DNA of 64,000 nt from Octopus sinensis (GCF_006345805.1 NC_043007.1:70122001-70186000); one strand, 5' to 3'. Shown: positions 1-13,734, counted from the first letter of the stretch. A program made the numbers and translations. Notes: generated from the letters alone by a model not told the origin.

Positions 1-408
1 CGGAGCATCACTTCTATTCCACTTGCAGATGCAAACCAATTATAAGAGGCATATACCGTAGAGTTATTGAAGATGGTTAAGAACGTGAACGTTCCAGAAA
101 CGTTCAGTCTCGCTTATAGCTACTATATCTATATCAGTGGTCACTGAGCAAGTGATCTTGCTTCTAAAACAGTCCTAGTTCACGTAAATTTATTCTTACT
201 CTGACTTAAGCTATGATGAAAAATGGTGATGAAAATATCAGTTTCTTTAGACTTGTGAAAAACGGGCAACCTTGTTTTGTCTGTCAATTCTGTCCACTGT
301 TTCGCTTCAGACAAATGCTGGCCAGTTATCTCGTAGGTCCAGTCTCAGTCAATGAATGCAATGGACTCCAGATCTACGGTTAAAGTAGATCTGGAAAGTA
401 AACTCACA

Positions 409-409
<1 letters not shown>

Positions 410-447
<38 letters not shown>
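410..447. repeat. (TTA)n microsatellite at the element 3' end
   Basis: Direct reading. Confidence 0.95.
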
Positions 448-1262
448 CCTCTTCTTTCAATTTTACTTCCATTTCTTGCTGAGTGTCTTCCCGACATCTA
501 GGGCAAAGAAACTCACTGTATACATTGGTAGGCCATTAAAATAAAGACATCAGATTGCTTACTTACAAAGTCATGTGATAAAAAAATGGAAGAAAGACTG
601 GAAGGGAGGAAAACAAACGAAAAAAATGTAAAAATAAAAATAAAATAAAAGAGGAAAAGTAAAGAATATTTACAGCAACAATGCTCTTGTGTGACGTTCC
701 AGTTAAGATAATCTTTTGTACTTCCTACACGGATGGTAAGCGAGGGATCATCCTCAAATAATTTTCAGTTCCTTTTTTTATCATTCCAAGTGCTCCTACA
801 ATCATTGGTTTTGTAACCGTCTTGAGATGCCACATTTTTTCAATTTCAATCAGCAAATCTTTATATTTTTTGAGCTTAACAAATTCTTTTGCCGATAATA
901 TTATGATCACAAGGTATGCTCACGTCAGTCAATAAACAGACTTTATTGCTTTGGTATTTCACAATATCTGGTTTATTAGTTTTTATGGTCCGATCTGCAT
1001 GTACTGGAAAGTCCCAAGGAATCTTAACATTTTCTTCCTCAGTTACAGCCTCAGGATATTGCTTCCACCATTTGTCAGCAGTTTTGATTTTATAATGCCG
1101 ACATATTAACCAGTGTCGATATTGGCCAATTCTGTCATGTCTTGATTTATAATCTACAGGTGCTAAAACCGTACACCTAGAGATTAGGCGGTCCACTGTT
1201 TCAAGCTCATCGTTGCAGTATCGGCACTTTGTATCTTCCCCCATTTTTCATCACATTGGTTC
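448..1262 (-). mobile_element. 5'-truncated, frameshifted R4/Dong-clade non-LTR retrotransposon (zinc knuckle, restriction-like endonuclease, 3' UTR)
   Basis: ORFs 876-1244 and 725-910 give a degenerate CRYC..C knuckle, RHD, WDFPVH..KPDIV..DVSIP, KYKDL and PMIVGALG motifs. The 3' end abuts (TAA)n at 410-447, the known Dong target. Confidence 0.85.
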
Positions 1263-3861
1263 GGTCTTCTTCTTCTTCTTTTTCTTCTTCTTCTTCTTCT
1301 TCTTCTCATCATCATTATTGATTTATTTATTATCGATGTTGTTTAATAAAAGTCAAAGTCTCCTATAATATGGCGATCTTTATAACATCCTGTCGCCAAG
1401 ACAGTGTTCACTGTCATAGTACTAACTGGTAATGTTTGTTTGTTTCCCTGGTTACAGAGTTCTTTGTTTTAAGGAAAATAAAAACCAAAAGTAGTAAGTC
1501 ATGCCTTTCTTACAGTGAAGTGACTACATTCTATGTTCGACTGGTGCCACAGATTGTACCACAAATTACAGACATTGATTTATTGTAACTTAATATGGGT
1601 GTCTACATTTTCTGTATAAGCGGAGAATATGCCGCCTGAAAAATTAGTAGTAGCTTTTGTTTGGCTTCATTCCCAAATGTACATATAGAAAATCTTCGAT
1701 ACACGTTTGCTTCTGGTTCCATCTAAAATCAGTTACTGTTCTGTTGGATTATTACTTTTGGGATAATTTTGCTTTTAGTACTTGGCTCTAATATATCACT
1801 GGTATTGGCACCAATTCCTAAGAAATAAAAAGCAAAATAAAGATGAGGTAACTAAAACATCAATGTGTGGTACGTTCCTCAGGTTTTGTATTTATGGTTT
1901 AAGACAGACCTAGATATAAAGGTTAAAATTTCACTCTTCTATTTTAACCAAACTATTGTATTTAGGGTCCACATCTTTCAATGAGGAAAATCAAAGTAGA
2001 ATTATTTATTATTGAAGACGAAGGCTTTGTCGATTATTTCTGTCTTTCTGTGCATTAAAATTTTTACCGATTCCGCACCACTTTGCCTATTTGGCATCTG
2101 AGTTCATTTATATCGTTTTCTTTGAAGGCTTCGTTAATATTATCGGCCTTTATCTCGAGCACTCTCTTGCTTATTTGCATATTATTTGCATGCCTTCTAA
2201 TTGCACATGTGATAACTCTTCTTTATTTTTTCAACTGTTGTTTCAGAAGGAAGGATCTCCAGCTTCAAAGTCATTGGACACTTAGTTGGCTAATGCTAAA
2301 TTAGCTCTTTTAGTTATCATTTTAGTTTTGTTTTTCTTTAACTCATTTTCAGTTAAAGTCACTTCTAACTTTGCCGATCGCCAACATCCACAGTAATTTA
2401 GTTTGTTTCATCAGTAAACCTACTTCAACCGTTGCCGAGAGCAAATAGTGAAAAGGTTAAACATAGGATAAGTCTCTTCATAATATTGTTGTTCCTAGAA
2501 ATCTCTAGCTACAAAAGGAATATTGGAAATATCTGGAAAAGTAAACTAAAAGCAACCAGAAAATATAGACACAGCTCAGAGAAACAGTAGCGTTAAAACA
2601 AGCCAAAAGAAAAAAGAAAATCCGTGATATTATAAGAAGAGATAAACGAGTTTATATACTTTCGACTAATTCGTTTTGGAGGAATTTACAAGAATGGTGA
2701 CTTCGCTGATCCGTAAGACATTATCAGATATGTTCATTGGCTTCGATACTTTTGTATAAGCAGAGTATGTGCGTTGGAGGTGTTATGCGTGCGCATACAT
2801 GTGTGCGTGTACATCCGTGCATGTGCGTATACATACATTCATTGATGCGTGTATGTCTACATGTATGTGTTTTTGATTGTGTATATTGTTATTGATTTGC
2901 TTTGGAATATGGTTACTCAATCGAATGCTTCTATTCAAATTTGCACTCGGTGAAAGTTACCAATGGTTTTGTTTGTTTTTTATGTATCTTATCAGATTAT
3001 CAGAGAACTTCTCTTTTTGAGATATATTAATAAAATGAGAACCGTTTATGTTTTCTGCTCAAAACTTCGCCACTTCTCCAGGAGATAATTTAAAATAGCT
3101 TGTTTTTAAGATCTTACCATCTTTTCTCAGTAAGTGTGAAATTATTATAAAAACAACGAAACAAATGGTTGGATTTCACCAAAATCCTACCAATAGATTG
3201 ATTATTATATACTGACGGGTGTTTCTTATCCTAGAAAAAACTGAGTAATGAAAGTTATCTGGGAGATCGGTGAGGTAGTACAGAAAACAAAATTAAATGG
3301 CTTTCAATATTTTGTTCAATATCTGCGCCGTTGATAGCTCAAATCTTGCAATGGTCATCTTCGTCTTAAATTTTTCTGAGAAAAATAAAAAACCTACAAT
3401 ACAAATGTATGTAAATATATATATATGAAGTAGCTTTCGGTGCTGATTCTCAAGTTTTGTATATGGACAGATTTCGTAAATTTTCTTTTTGTAATGTATC
3501 GGGAACGCGTGATATTAATGAACTTTTCACTTTCTGTAAGGAAGATTATGCTGACATTTTGTATAGTGCAACCTCTGTTTTCGATTTAGAGAAAGCCACA
3601 TGAACCGGATGAATATGTCATTACCACAGTTACTGAGACAATTTTTATTATTGTTTCACTCTTGATGTATGGAGGCTTTCGAGTTTTAGACATCGTGAAT
3701 CCGCTCAACTTCACTTTTTCTCAATATTTCCTGTTTAGTGAGAGTGATTGTCAGACTAGGGCATTCGTTCCACATAGCTCTATTTCAGTTTGTCACTGAA
3801 ATAAAGCATTAACCCTCTATTGTTGTAGAGGTTGGCTGCCTGGCGGATCTTTCGTCTTTTA

Positions 3862-4237
3862 CCTTTTACTTGTTTGTCACTAGATTGCAGCCATGCTGGG
3901 GCACTGCATTGAAGAATTTTTAGTCGAATAAATCGATCCCTAGGACCTATTTTTTTTAAAGCCTGGTATTTATTCTGCCGGTCTGTTTTGCCAAACTGCG
4001 AAGTTACAGACACGTAAACACACCAACAACAGTTGTTAAGCGGTGGTGGGGGATGAGCACAAACATACATACACACAGACACACACACATATATATATAT
4101 TCTACTTATTCTTTTATTCGTTTCAGTCATTTTGACTGCGGCCATGCTGGAGCACCGCCTTTAGTCGAGCAAATCAATCCCAGGATTTATTCTTTGTAAG
4201 CCTAGTACTTATTCTATCGGTCTCTTATGCCGAACTG
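3862..4237 (-). mobile_element. Two partial 3' halves of SINE family A
   Basis: Reverse complement of the tail seen at 24130-24305 (gcggtgctccagcatggccgcagtcaaatgactgaaacaagtaaaag). Confidence 0.85.
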
Positions 4238-4239
4238 AT

Positions 4240-5345
4240 GGTAGAGCCATCTTTTGCGAGTTTCACACCTTTTACCTAGTCTTTCATTGTTGCGACTAAA
4301 CGACAATAGTTTGATCCCTGTTATTCTATGTTTCCAAGAGAATGCTTTTGAGGACTACCACGGACATAATTTTGGCAGAATTAGCTCGAATTTGTCAAGC
4401 TACTTCCAAACATGCTCGATGGGGTTCAAGTTGGGGCTTTTTAGGTATCCACTTGAGGGACTTGATGCCATGTATTTCTTCTCAGAAACTTTGCTCGTAT
4501 CACATGGTGCTCCATCTTGGAAAAAGAGAAGTGTTCTTATCCATTTTACCTGTGTCGTAAATCGGAAGCAGTCCCTTCTCTAGTATATCACAGATCCAAC
4601 CGGTTTTCCACAAAAATTAGCTGATTTTCCTCCTGCCCAGACAGGCTCCCAAACCATGACTCAATTCCTACCATATTTCACAGTCGCTGGCAAACATTCA
4701 GTTTTGTCCCTCCATACATAGACTTGCCTTGAGTTCGAATATTGGCAAAAATTACTTTTATCCGACCACGCCAAGGCCTGCCAAAATTCATATTCCTTGT
4801 CTTCGTGCTCCCTAACCCAATCGTAATTTTTCCCTTTGTTGGTGTCTAAAATCAATGGTTCTTTCTTGCAATTTCTTTTTCGTATCCTATTCCTTTTAGG
4901 ACTTTTCTTACAGAGTATGGTGAAATTTCCATGTTTGCAACCTCACTGACGCTAAGATGGCGGTTTCTGATGATTTTTTCCTCTTCAGTGGTCTGTTTTC
5001 TCTATCCGAAATTATATTCGGCCTTCACGAGCGAGGTTTCACACGTCAATGTCCTTTTTCTTTAAACCTTTTCACAATATTATTAACAGTCTGATGATTT
5101 ACCTTAAAAAAAAATTACTATTTCTTTGTTCAACTTCCCGCACTGATAGCATCCTTTGAATTGCTCTCGTTTGAACTCGCTAATTTCTGTACTTCCTTTC
5201 ACTTTCATTGTGAAATATCATTTGAAAAAAAGTCTATTAATCTGCAAAAGACAAGAGAAAATTCAATATGAAATGCAAGAAACATGTTACAAATTGTGAA
5301 ATCTCAAAAATTCAGGGTAGCTAAAAAGCTTATCGTAGGTCACTG
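4240..5345 (-). mobile_element. Decayed Tc1-family DNA transposon
   Basis: Minus-strand fragments WSDKS, YVWR..CLPATVKYG, QDGAPC and SPNLNPIEHVW. CAGTG-type terminus at 5341-5345 next to (TA)n. Confidence 0.85.
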
Positions 5346-5879
5346 CATATATATATATATATATATGGAAACATGCATGCATACATAGTATGCTGATAGG
5401 GTTATACCCCAAGCTGTATCCTCATGAAGCACGTCTGTATATTCTGGTATTCCAAAGTATATTTGAATATGCTATATTTTACATGAGAGTTGAAAATAAT
5501 GGAGAATACTATTCGAGAAAATGCTTGTTGCAGTGTAATTAGATATTAAAACAGAAAACTGAAAAAAAGTATTTGGCAATATTTATTCCATATTACATAA
5601 ATTTCATTATTTATAGGATTTACAAGTAGATAAACATGTATGATATCTCTTACTAGTAATTCTTCAGACTGACAATTGAAATAATACTATTATTTAAAAA
5701 CTTATTTTAATTCTCGGTCTTAATAATTATTAATAGGGGATGTCATACAAGTATTTCTACTTGTATACCTATATAAATCCTGTTAGTAATGAAACATATA
5801 TAATGCGGGATAAATAATAGCAAATAATTTTTTTTCCAGTTTTCCGTTTTACTACATATATACGCGAATACATAAGTAT

Positions 5880-6013
5880 ATTTATAGAAACATTCAGAAA
5901 TACATGTATACATACATACATGTATACATACATACATGTATACATACATACATGTATACATACATACATGTATAAGTTTATAATGATAGACGAAGACATG
6001 CACACAGACACAG

Positions 6014-6107
<94 letters not shown>
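5880..6107. repeat. Compound (TACA)n/(CA)n/(TA)n microsatellite
   Basis: Direct reading. Confidence 0.9.
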
Positions 6108-6108
<1 letters not shown>

Positions 6109-6111
6109 CTA

Positions 6112-6390
6112 GAACTCCATCAGTTACGACGATGGGGTTTCCAGTTGATCCGTTCTACGGAACAGCCCGCTTATGAAATTAACGTGCAAGTGGCTGAGTA
6201 CTCCACTGACGGAGTTTTCAGGGATATTCAGGGATATTCAGCGTGACACACAATATGACAAACCTGGCCCTTTGAAATACTTGCGCTACTCATTTTTGCC
6301 AGCCGACTGGAGCAACGTAAAATAAAGTGTCTTGCTCAACGACACAACGCTCCACTGGAAATCGAACTCACGACCTTATGATCATGAGCT
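6112..6390 (-). mobile_element. tRNA-derived SINE with tail module 2 on a different head
   Basis: Tail matches 39610-39775. Head carries B-box-like gagttcgatttcc and ttgagcaagacact on the minus strand. Confidence 0.7.
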
Positions 6391-6430
6391 ATATCGATAC
6401 ATATATATGAATGTATTAATATATTGAATG

Positions 6431-6722
6431 TGGAGGCGCAATGGCTCAGTGGTTAGGGCAGCGGACTCGCGGTCGGAGGATCGCGGTTTCGATTCCCAGA
6501 CTGGGCGTTGTGTGTGTTTATTGAGCGAAAACACCTAAAGCTCTACGAGGCTCCGTCAGGGAGTGGTGGCGACCCCTGTTGTACTCTTTCGCCACAACTT
6601 ACTCTCACTCTTTTTTCCTGTTTCTTGGGTAACGCTGCGATGGACTGGTGTCCCTTCCAGCTGAGGGGAACACATACGCCACAGAAACCGGGCCCATGAG
6701 CCTGGCTAGGCTTGAAAAGGCC
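6431..6722 (+). mobile_element. SINE family C, tail module 1
   Basis: A box tggctcagtgg, B box ggtttcgattcc. Near-identical to 42524-42818 and the reverse complement of 56592-56875. Confidence 0.9.
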
Positions 6723-7024
6723 GAAAAAAAAATATATATTGAATACAATTGGCACTACTAAAATATTTATTCGTAAAATTTTTGAATTTCATTTTAAGTA
6801 CCAGTTGAGCATTGTAGAAATTGACTTAATCCCCCCGCCCCCACAAAAATTGCTGGCCGAGTGCCAAAATTTGAAATTAATATTCTTGAGGTTTCTAGAG
6901 TTTTTGTTTTCGAATTTCTTCCAGGTTTTAGCTTAAAATAGAAAATGAAATTCAAAAATTTTACAAATAAATATTTTAGTAGTGGCAGTTGTATTCAATA
7001 TTTTTTTTTTTCGGCCTTGATAAA

Positions 7025-7150
7025 ATATAAAGGATGAAAGGATGAAAGGAAAAGCTGACCTTGACGGAATTTGAACTCAGAATGTAAGGACGGTCAAACA
7101 CCGTTAAGCATTTTGTCCGTCACAGTAGCGAGTCTGTCAACTCGTCGCCT
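7025..7150 (-). mobile_element. SINE family B, 5' part
   Basis: Reverse complement of the family head (gagttcaaattcc B box). Confidence 0.75.
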
Positions 7151-7824
7151 GAGAATCGTCGCAAACATTATATAAAAAAAAAACTCGTCAGCATTTTGGT
7201 GAAACGTGTCTGGCCAAGACGACGTTCGAAATAGAAAATAGTTTGTGTTCATAAAAAGAAAATTTCAGGTAAATTGATAAACATCTCAAAAACGACACTA
7301 ACTGCAAAAGTAGAAACTGGAAAAAAAGAATACGACAAACAGTGGAGAAGATGAAAAAAAACGTTCTGATAATAATGGCAGCTAATGCAATCACAAAGTT
7401 AAATAAAGATGGACTGTTAAGAACGGATTATCGAAACTGTGCAACTGTATTTAATTGCTTTTGAGAAGAGATTATCTGAGCTGGATAACTAGATTTAGCT
7501 ATTTAATTAGATTTATCGTTTCTATGTTCCGGTGTGTGTAGTTTATTAAAATATATTAATTTGCATGGTCACAGCTGGTCGATTGCAACAAGTAAAAGAA
7601 TTAAAGAGAATTTATATTATTAGACCTATTAAAGTGACACAGGCAGCTAATGATTGCCATAATTCAACATCAATTCTGAGAATTGTAACTCGTAATAATT
7701 CCAGTACTTACCTATGCATTGTTAAATACTATTGTTTGTACTTCGTTGGTGTCATACATTTTCCAGTGACTTTAAAAATCGCTGTCATTTGTATATTTGT
7801 ATACAGGTTTAGAGTCACCTAATA

Positions 7825-8014
7825 TTGATTTCAATTTTTGGCACAAGGCCAGCAATTTCGGGGGAGGTGGTAAGTCGATTGACTCCGGTATTCAACTGGT
7901 ACTAATTTAACGACCCCGAAAGGATGAAAGTTAAAGTCGACTCGGCATTTGACAGACGAAATGCCACTGAGCATTTTACCCGGCGTGCTGACGATTCTGC
8001 CAGCTCGCCGCCTT
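7825..8014 (-). mobile_element. SINE family B with internal deletion
   Basis: gaccccgaaaggatgaaag core and ctgccagctcgccgcc head, both in reverse. Confidence 0.8.
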
Positions 8015-8170
8015 AGAATTGCCTAATATTGAGTTCTGATTTGGTACAATACTCAGATTTATGATAACCAGAAAAAATGTGACGTTGTGGTATTCATGTG
8101 CATTAGTAGTGTAAAAGAAATAACTCCGATTGAAAAACAAAATTGAATCATGGGTTCGACTAAACATTTC

Positions 8171-8571
8171 GGATCTTTTCGGTTTGAACGGCAGGTTTTT
8201 CTAGCGGTGTCATATGAAATTGTCACCCATAATTATGATCCTAGTATCGATCTAGGGTTAAGGTTAGGGGTGGCGGGAAGGGCATCTGTTTTTCTTCACA
8301 AATGTAAATAAACCCAATCTGTTTCTTAAACGAGGGACATATTCATACGGCACAGAATGTTTTTTTTTTACCTCAATAGACGTCAGTGATTGGTTGAAAT
8401 TGCAGAAATTGAAGAAAAAATACAACAAATATCTTACAAACTATAGAATTTTCTCAATAAAGCCAGGAGAAAAAGATGTTTTATAAACACATTCTACCAG
8501 TATACGAAGTTTAAAATTATTTAGTTACCTAGAAATTATGTTAAAAACTGCCGTTCAAACCGAAAAGATCC
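8171..8571. mobile_element. MITE, ~30-bp TIR (GGATCTTTTCGGTTTGAACGGCAG), 8-bp TSD AACATTTC; Merlin-like
   Basis: TIRs and TSD (8163-8170, 8572-8579) read directly. Second copy at 48747-49159. GG termini with an 8-bp TSD fit the Merlin superfamily. Confidence 0.9.
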
Positions 8572-9379
8572 AACATTTCTTGTGCTATCGTACTCGTTTA
8601 ATAAACTTAAAATTGTGTCTATTTTATCACTTCAATATAAAATTATAATTTCCATATATTTACATATATGTCTACAGAATTATTTCTTTGCATCAGTTAA
8701 TTTACAAACAGATCAACCGTTCTGTGTTTTATAATTAAGCCAGATTCCCTTCACTAATTCTTATAGACGCAGCAATTCTTCTATAATGAGTGATGTGACC
8801 AAGTAATTATAAATATCAATTAAGTAGAACGTCTCGATGTGTGTGTGTGAAAGAGCGAGTGATAGAGTTGGGCAGAAAAAAAGAGAAAAAAATCTACTGT
8901 AAGCTACTGATTAGCAGATATAAGTTGATGACTTCGTCTTCATTTAAACTGTTGGTTGCAAATTAACCGAGCGAAACCTCTCCCTGCTATAGTTGGGAAA
9001 TTCTGAGGATTCTAAAAATAAATTAACGAAACGCGTCAATTATAAAGCTAATCTTACGTCCAATGGTAATCTGTACAATTCTATTTATAGATTGGTGAAC
9101 TGGAACATTTTAGATCTAACTGATATTGACTTGAGAAACATCTCAGCACTGGCAGCTAAATCCAAACTTTGGAGATTTTAGTTCAAAATTTATTTATTTA
9201 TTTATCCGTCAATCTGTCTGCTTGCCTATCTACCAAACACACCACTCACATACAAGTATATATAAATACATACAAGCATACATACATATTGGTATATACA
9301 CACATATGTATACGTCTACATATACAATATATATATAATTTACACATGTGTGTGTATATATATAAACCTTAATTCTGAG

Positions 9380-9676
9380 GTCTTTCTGGCTGGCAGCCAT
9401 GGATAATTTCCTGAAATCTGTTGATTGGTAGTGATACCGGAAGGCAATGCTAGTTCGAGGTAATCTTTACAGACACGGAAGTTCCGTTAACCGGACCCGT
9501 CCAAATTGCGCCCTGAGCGACGAAACCGTTCTTGCACGCCCTCGTCCAATGTCCGGTCATTGATGACTTGTAATGTTGAACATGTGCTATCACTTCTAGT
9601 ATGGATCCAGCTATCAGTTGTGCCTCACTATGAAAATATCCAGCTGCCTTCCTTTGGCTGAGAAGGGCAAACAATG
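9380..9676 (-). mobile_element. Probable RTE-clade LINE C-terminal relic
   Basis: FALLSQRK start and downstream VCKDYL resemble the RTE C-terminal region. GC-richer than flanks; heavily decayed. Confidence 0.45.
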
Positions 9677-10789
9677 TTTTATTTTATTTACATTTTCAAA
9701 AACAACTAAGAGTCAAGGCTACGCAGATGGAATAAATACCACAAGGTATTTCGTTGGAAGGAAGTGATTCATCGTTTTTTTGCTGTTTCTACCTACTCAC
9801 CGTAAAGCACCAGTGAAATTTACACTCCTCGCCTCACACATAAACCCACGTGCAGGCACATATACTCGCATATATATATATATAACTAATGACCGGCCAC
9901 TGATCATTTCCTTATTTTATTCAACTCATAAGACAGCTATTATGCTTCCTCCCCACAAAAAAACCATCATGTGGATTCTGTTGAGACCAGTAAGAAACAA
10001 TTATGAACTTTTTTATTACACTTAACATTTTAAAATATTTTTGATATGGTTCGTTTTTTCAAGAAGGACCGAAACATGTAAACATTTCTAAGAAAATTAA
10101 AATTTATCTTATATAGTGGCGTTTTCAAACTTCCTATATATATATATAACGGGCTTCCTCACAGTTTCTTCCTAATACATTCCAATCAAAAGAGTAACTG
10201 TAGGCTGATATAAGTCGTTTGTTAAAAATAGAGTGGAATAGGATTTCAGTCACAACTACGAAAGAACTTGGAAACGACGCAGTTCTGCTAATAATATTGT
10301 TTCATCATTTTAATTTTTAAAGAACGAAAGCTAAATAAGTCTTGGATTGAATATTGTTTACTTTCATTGAAAATGTCTGACTATAGAGATTGTATATATT
10401 ATTTTAGAAAACAGTTCAACTTACAAATACACAAATATACAAATATTTCTTTTTCGATTTTACAATTTTATACAAATCCATAAAATCGTTATGTTTTCTT
10501 TCAATAGAGGTTATAAATAGTTTGGATGCAAGATACGAGGCGTCATACTGATTTTATTATTGGCGGGTATTTAGCTTTCTTATACAAGTAGTATCAACAG
10601 TCATGGCGGTGTGGTTAAATAGTTTATTTCATAGTACTAAGTTCAATCCCACTGTTTTCCACCAACGTCTCCTATTGATAATTTAACTTTTCATTGAAAT
10701 ATTTCCTTGCCTTTTGGTTGGAATGTCGTAGACGGTTCATGTCATGTGATAAATAATATGTTAAATACATTAAATAAGGCATTTAATTC

Positions 10790-11350
10790 TGATATTAGTA
10801 CAAAACCAGCAATTTCAGGGGAGGGGTACTTCATTTACATCGACCCTAGTGCTCAAGTGGTGTTTATTTTATCGTACCTGAAAGAAATGAAAGGCAAAGT
10901 CGACCTCGACGGAATTTGAACTCAGGACGTAAAGACGGACGAAATGCTTCAAAACAGTTTACCCAGCGTGCTAACTATTCTTTTCTACTGTAGGCACAAG
11001 GCCTGAAATTTTGGGGTAGGGAGCCAGTCGATTAGATCGACTCCGACCCCGTAAAGATGAAAGTCAAAGTCGACCTCGGCAGAATTTGAACTCAGAACGT
11101 AGCGGCAGACGAAATACTTATTTCCTTACTACCCACAAGGGGCTAAACACAGAGAGGACAAACAAGGACAGACAAATGGATTAAGTCGATTATATCGACC
11201 CCAGTGTGTAACTGGTACTTATTTAATTGACCCCGAAAGGATGAAAGGCAAAGTCGACCTCGGCGGAATTTGAACTCAGAACGTAGCGGCAGACGAAATA
11301 CTGCTAAGCATTTCGGTCGGTGTACTAATTATTCTGCCTGCTCGCTGCTT
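10790..11350 (-). mobile_element. Tandem cluster of SINE family B units
   Basis: Three copies of aaagtcgacctcg...ggaatttgaactcag. Confidence 0.9.
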
Positions 11351-11959
11351 TATTTAATTCTGATATTACACACTCTGCGGAATTTTAAATATTATTCAGT
11401 GTTCCTCAATGTAAGTAATGCGAACACCGTGTGATTGTACAAAAGTGTTTTTTTTTAATAGATTACACAGCTAAGTAAAGACCTTTCCGTATTTTGAACT
11501 GGATTCCACTAGGTTGACTTTATAGTAAATACAATTAAAATAAAGTCAAGTAGTTCCTCTCAACGAAGAAGGTCTCGAGGCTCAGATCATACTTAACCAT
11601 GTAAAAGCTTTAATTTGTCTTTGATGGAACATTCCGTCAAGGATGAAAGATGCATATTTGTGAACATATGAACATGCGAACCTGTTTGTCGTATACAGGT
11701 AGGTGATTGTGATGTGAAGATATTGCCTGTGAGGTGTCAAGTGTTTCACCAAAATAATTATAGTCTAAATTCTATCAGCATTGAATATTTGACAGTGTTA
11801 AATTCTGAACTATTAACTATCAACAACTTTGCATTGTACCAAAATGTCAAAACTGCAGTGACAAAAGTAAAATGAAAACTGAGACCCAATTTCTTTCAGT
11901 TGCAGTAAAAGTAGATAGATTTTTTATTCATAGTTTCTTTTCAGTAGAAGTTTTAGTTT

Positions 11960-12636
11960 CCATTTCTCATCACATGTTACAATTCGATTCAAAAATGCTT
12001 CATTTTTGTGACGAAAAGTAGTATAAGGCAGGCTTCCAGACATTGCTGTTTTTGATTTTCATTCAGCTCATGTGGAACCCACTTATCCAACTTTTTCACT
12101 TTACCGATTTGAACTAGGTGAGTCAATACTGTTTGCTTGCTAACACGAAATAACAACGATAATTCACGGATACTTTGAGATGGATCTATCTCGACGGCGG
12201 TTTTCAGTTCGTCCTTATCCACCTTTGTTTCTGGTCGACCGCGTTGCTCATTTGTGGGGTCAAAGTTACCAAAACAAAATTTTGCAAACCAATTTGATAC
12301 TGTCTGCTGTGTAATAACATTAGAATGAAATACTCCATTAACATCCAGAACTGTTTGTGATACTGTATTTCTAAGAAAGAACTCATATTTCAAAACTGTA
12401 CGAATTTCCGACTTACCCCATCTCTAAACAGAAGGAGCAAATAACGATTTATATATTTTTTATAAGGCGCAAAATGAGTTAGAATAAAGAAATAGATGTG
12501 TCAGCTTTCTAAAAAAAAATATTGTCAAAATATAATAATGGCGCAAAATGAGCAGCTGTCAAAGTTTACCGTATACCTTACTACAAATTTCATACTTGAT
12601 GATTTTATACACCAGTAACTTATTGACACAACTAGT
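11960..12636 (-). mobile_element. Truncated mariner transposon (N-terminal half of transposase)
   Basis: ORF 11989-12393 has GRP, an HTH region and WVPHEL. Frameshifted RIVTCDEKW (first catalytic D) follows. TIR-like gtcaataagtt near 12615-12636. Confidence 0.9.
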
Positions 12637-12789
12637 TAAGCTTTTCATATTGTTTCATATTTGCGTGGTTCTGTGAAATTTGGGCGACGCTGAAAGAAAT
12701 TTCAATATTGATATTCTAGAATTTGGGATAGTCTATGTTTTGTTAGTAAAATGTAAAATTTACTGTAAAATATTGCACTTGACAGAATA

Positions 12790-13185
12790 AAGCGGCGAGC
12801 TGGCAAAAACGTTAGCACGCCGGCCGAAATGCGTAGTCGTATTTCGTCTGCCGTTACGTTCTGAGTTCAAATTCCGCCGAGGTCGACTTTGCCTTTCATC
12901 CTTTCGGGGTCGATTAAATAAGTACCAGTTACGCATTGGGATCGATGTAATCGACTTAATCCGTTTGTCTGTCCTTGTTTGTCCTCTCTGTGTTTATCCC
13001 CTTGTGGATAGTAAAGAAATAGGTATTTCGTCCGTCTATACGTTTTGATTTCAAATACCGCCGAGGTTGACATTGACTTTCATCTATTTGGGGTCGATAA
13101 AATAAGTATAAGTTGATACTGGGTGTAATCGACCACCCACTCCCCCGAAATTGTTGGCTTTGTGCCAAAATTTGAAATCAATTAT
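12790..13185 (+). mobile_element. SINE family B, two-unit form (tRNA head, Meta/MESC-like core)
   Basis: ggcgagctggca head, gagttcaaattcc B box, core gcctttcatcctttcggggtcgat..aagtaccag. Core-domain name is recalled, not searched. Confidence 0.9.
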
Positions 13186-13269
13186 ATGACAGAATTGTTT
13201 GTAGAGTTATTTCATAAATATAGATATAGAAACCATCAATAATATTTGCATACTGATGTATGTTGATAT

Positions 13270-13465
13270 TGGTTTAAAATTTTGGCACAGGGTCAGCAAT
13301 TTCGAGGCAAAGACTCAGTCGATTACATGTTACTTATTTTATCGACCTCGAAAGGTTGAAAGCTAAAGTCAACCTCGGTGGTATTTAAACTCAAAGCATA
13401 AAGACGGACGAAATGCCGCTAAACGTTTCACCCGGCGTGCTAACGGTTCTGGCATCGCGACACCT
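13270..13465 (-). mobile_element. SINE family B
   Basis: Diverged reverse copy. Confidence 0.8.
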
Positions 13466-13677
13466 ACGATATATGTTGATATCAATAGCTTCTGAGTATT
13501 ATTGCGCCTTCGAATCTTGGTCTTTAAGATCCACTTGTGTCATACTTCTAACTCCAGTGTGTAAAAGGGTAATATCTTCTGTCAGAATGTAAAGTGTTGC
13601 CTGTGAGAAGCATCAAGCATCTCTGCCGTAACTGATTCAACATTACATGCAGCTGTGTGTGTGTGTGTGTGCGCGCG

Positions 13678-13734
<57 letters not shown>

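Noticed and set aside
6431-6506. tRNA-like sequence (also 39394, 42524)
   Set aside because: Continues into SINE body in every copy, so it is a SINE head rather than a tRNA gene.
8253-8272. Interstitial telomeric repeat
   Set aside because: Only 2-3 imperfect units and part of the MITE body.
12771-12781. TATTGCACTTG, miR-92-like 5' end
   Set aside because: Match stops at 11 nt; no hairpin.
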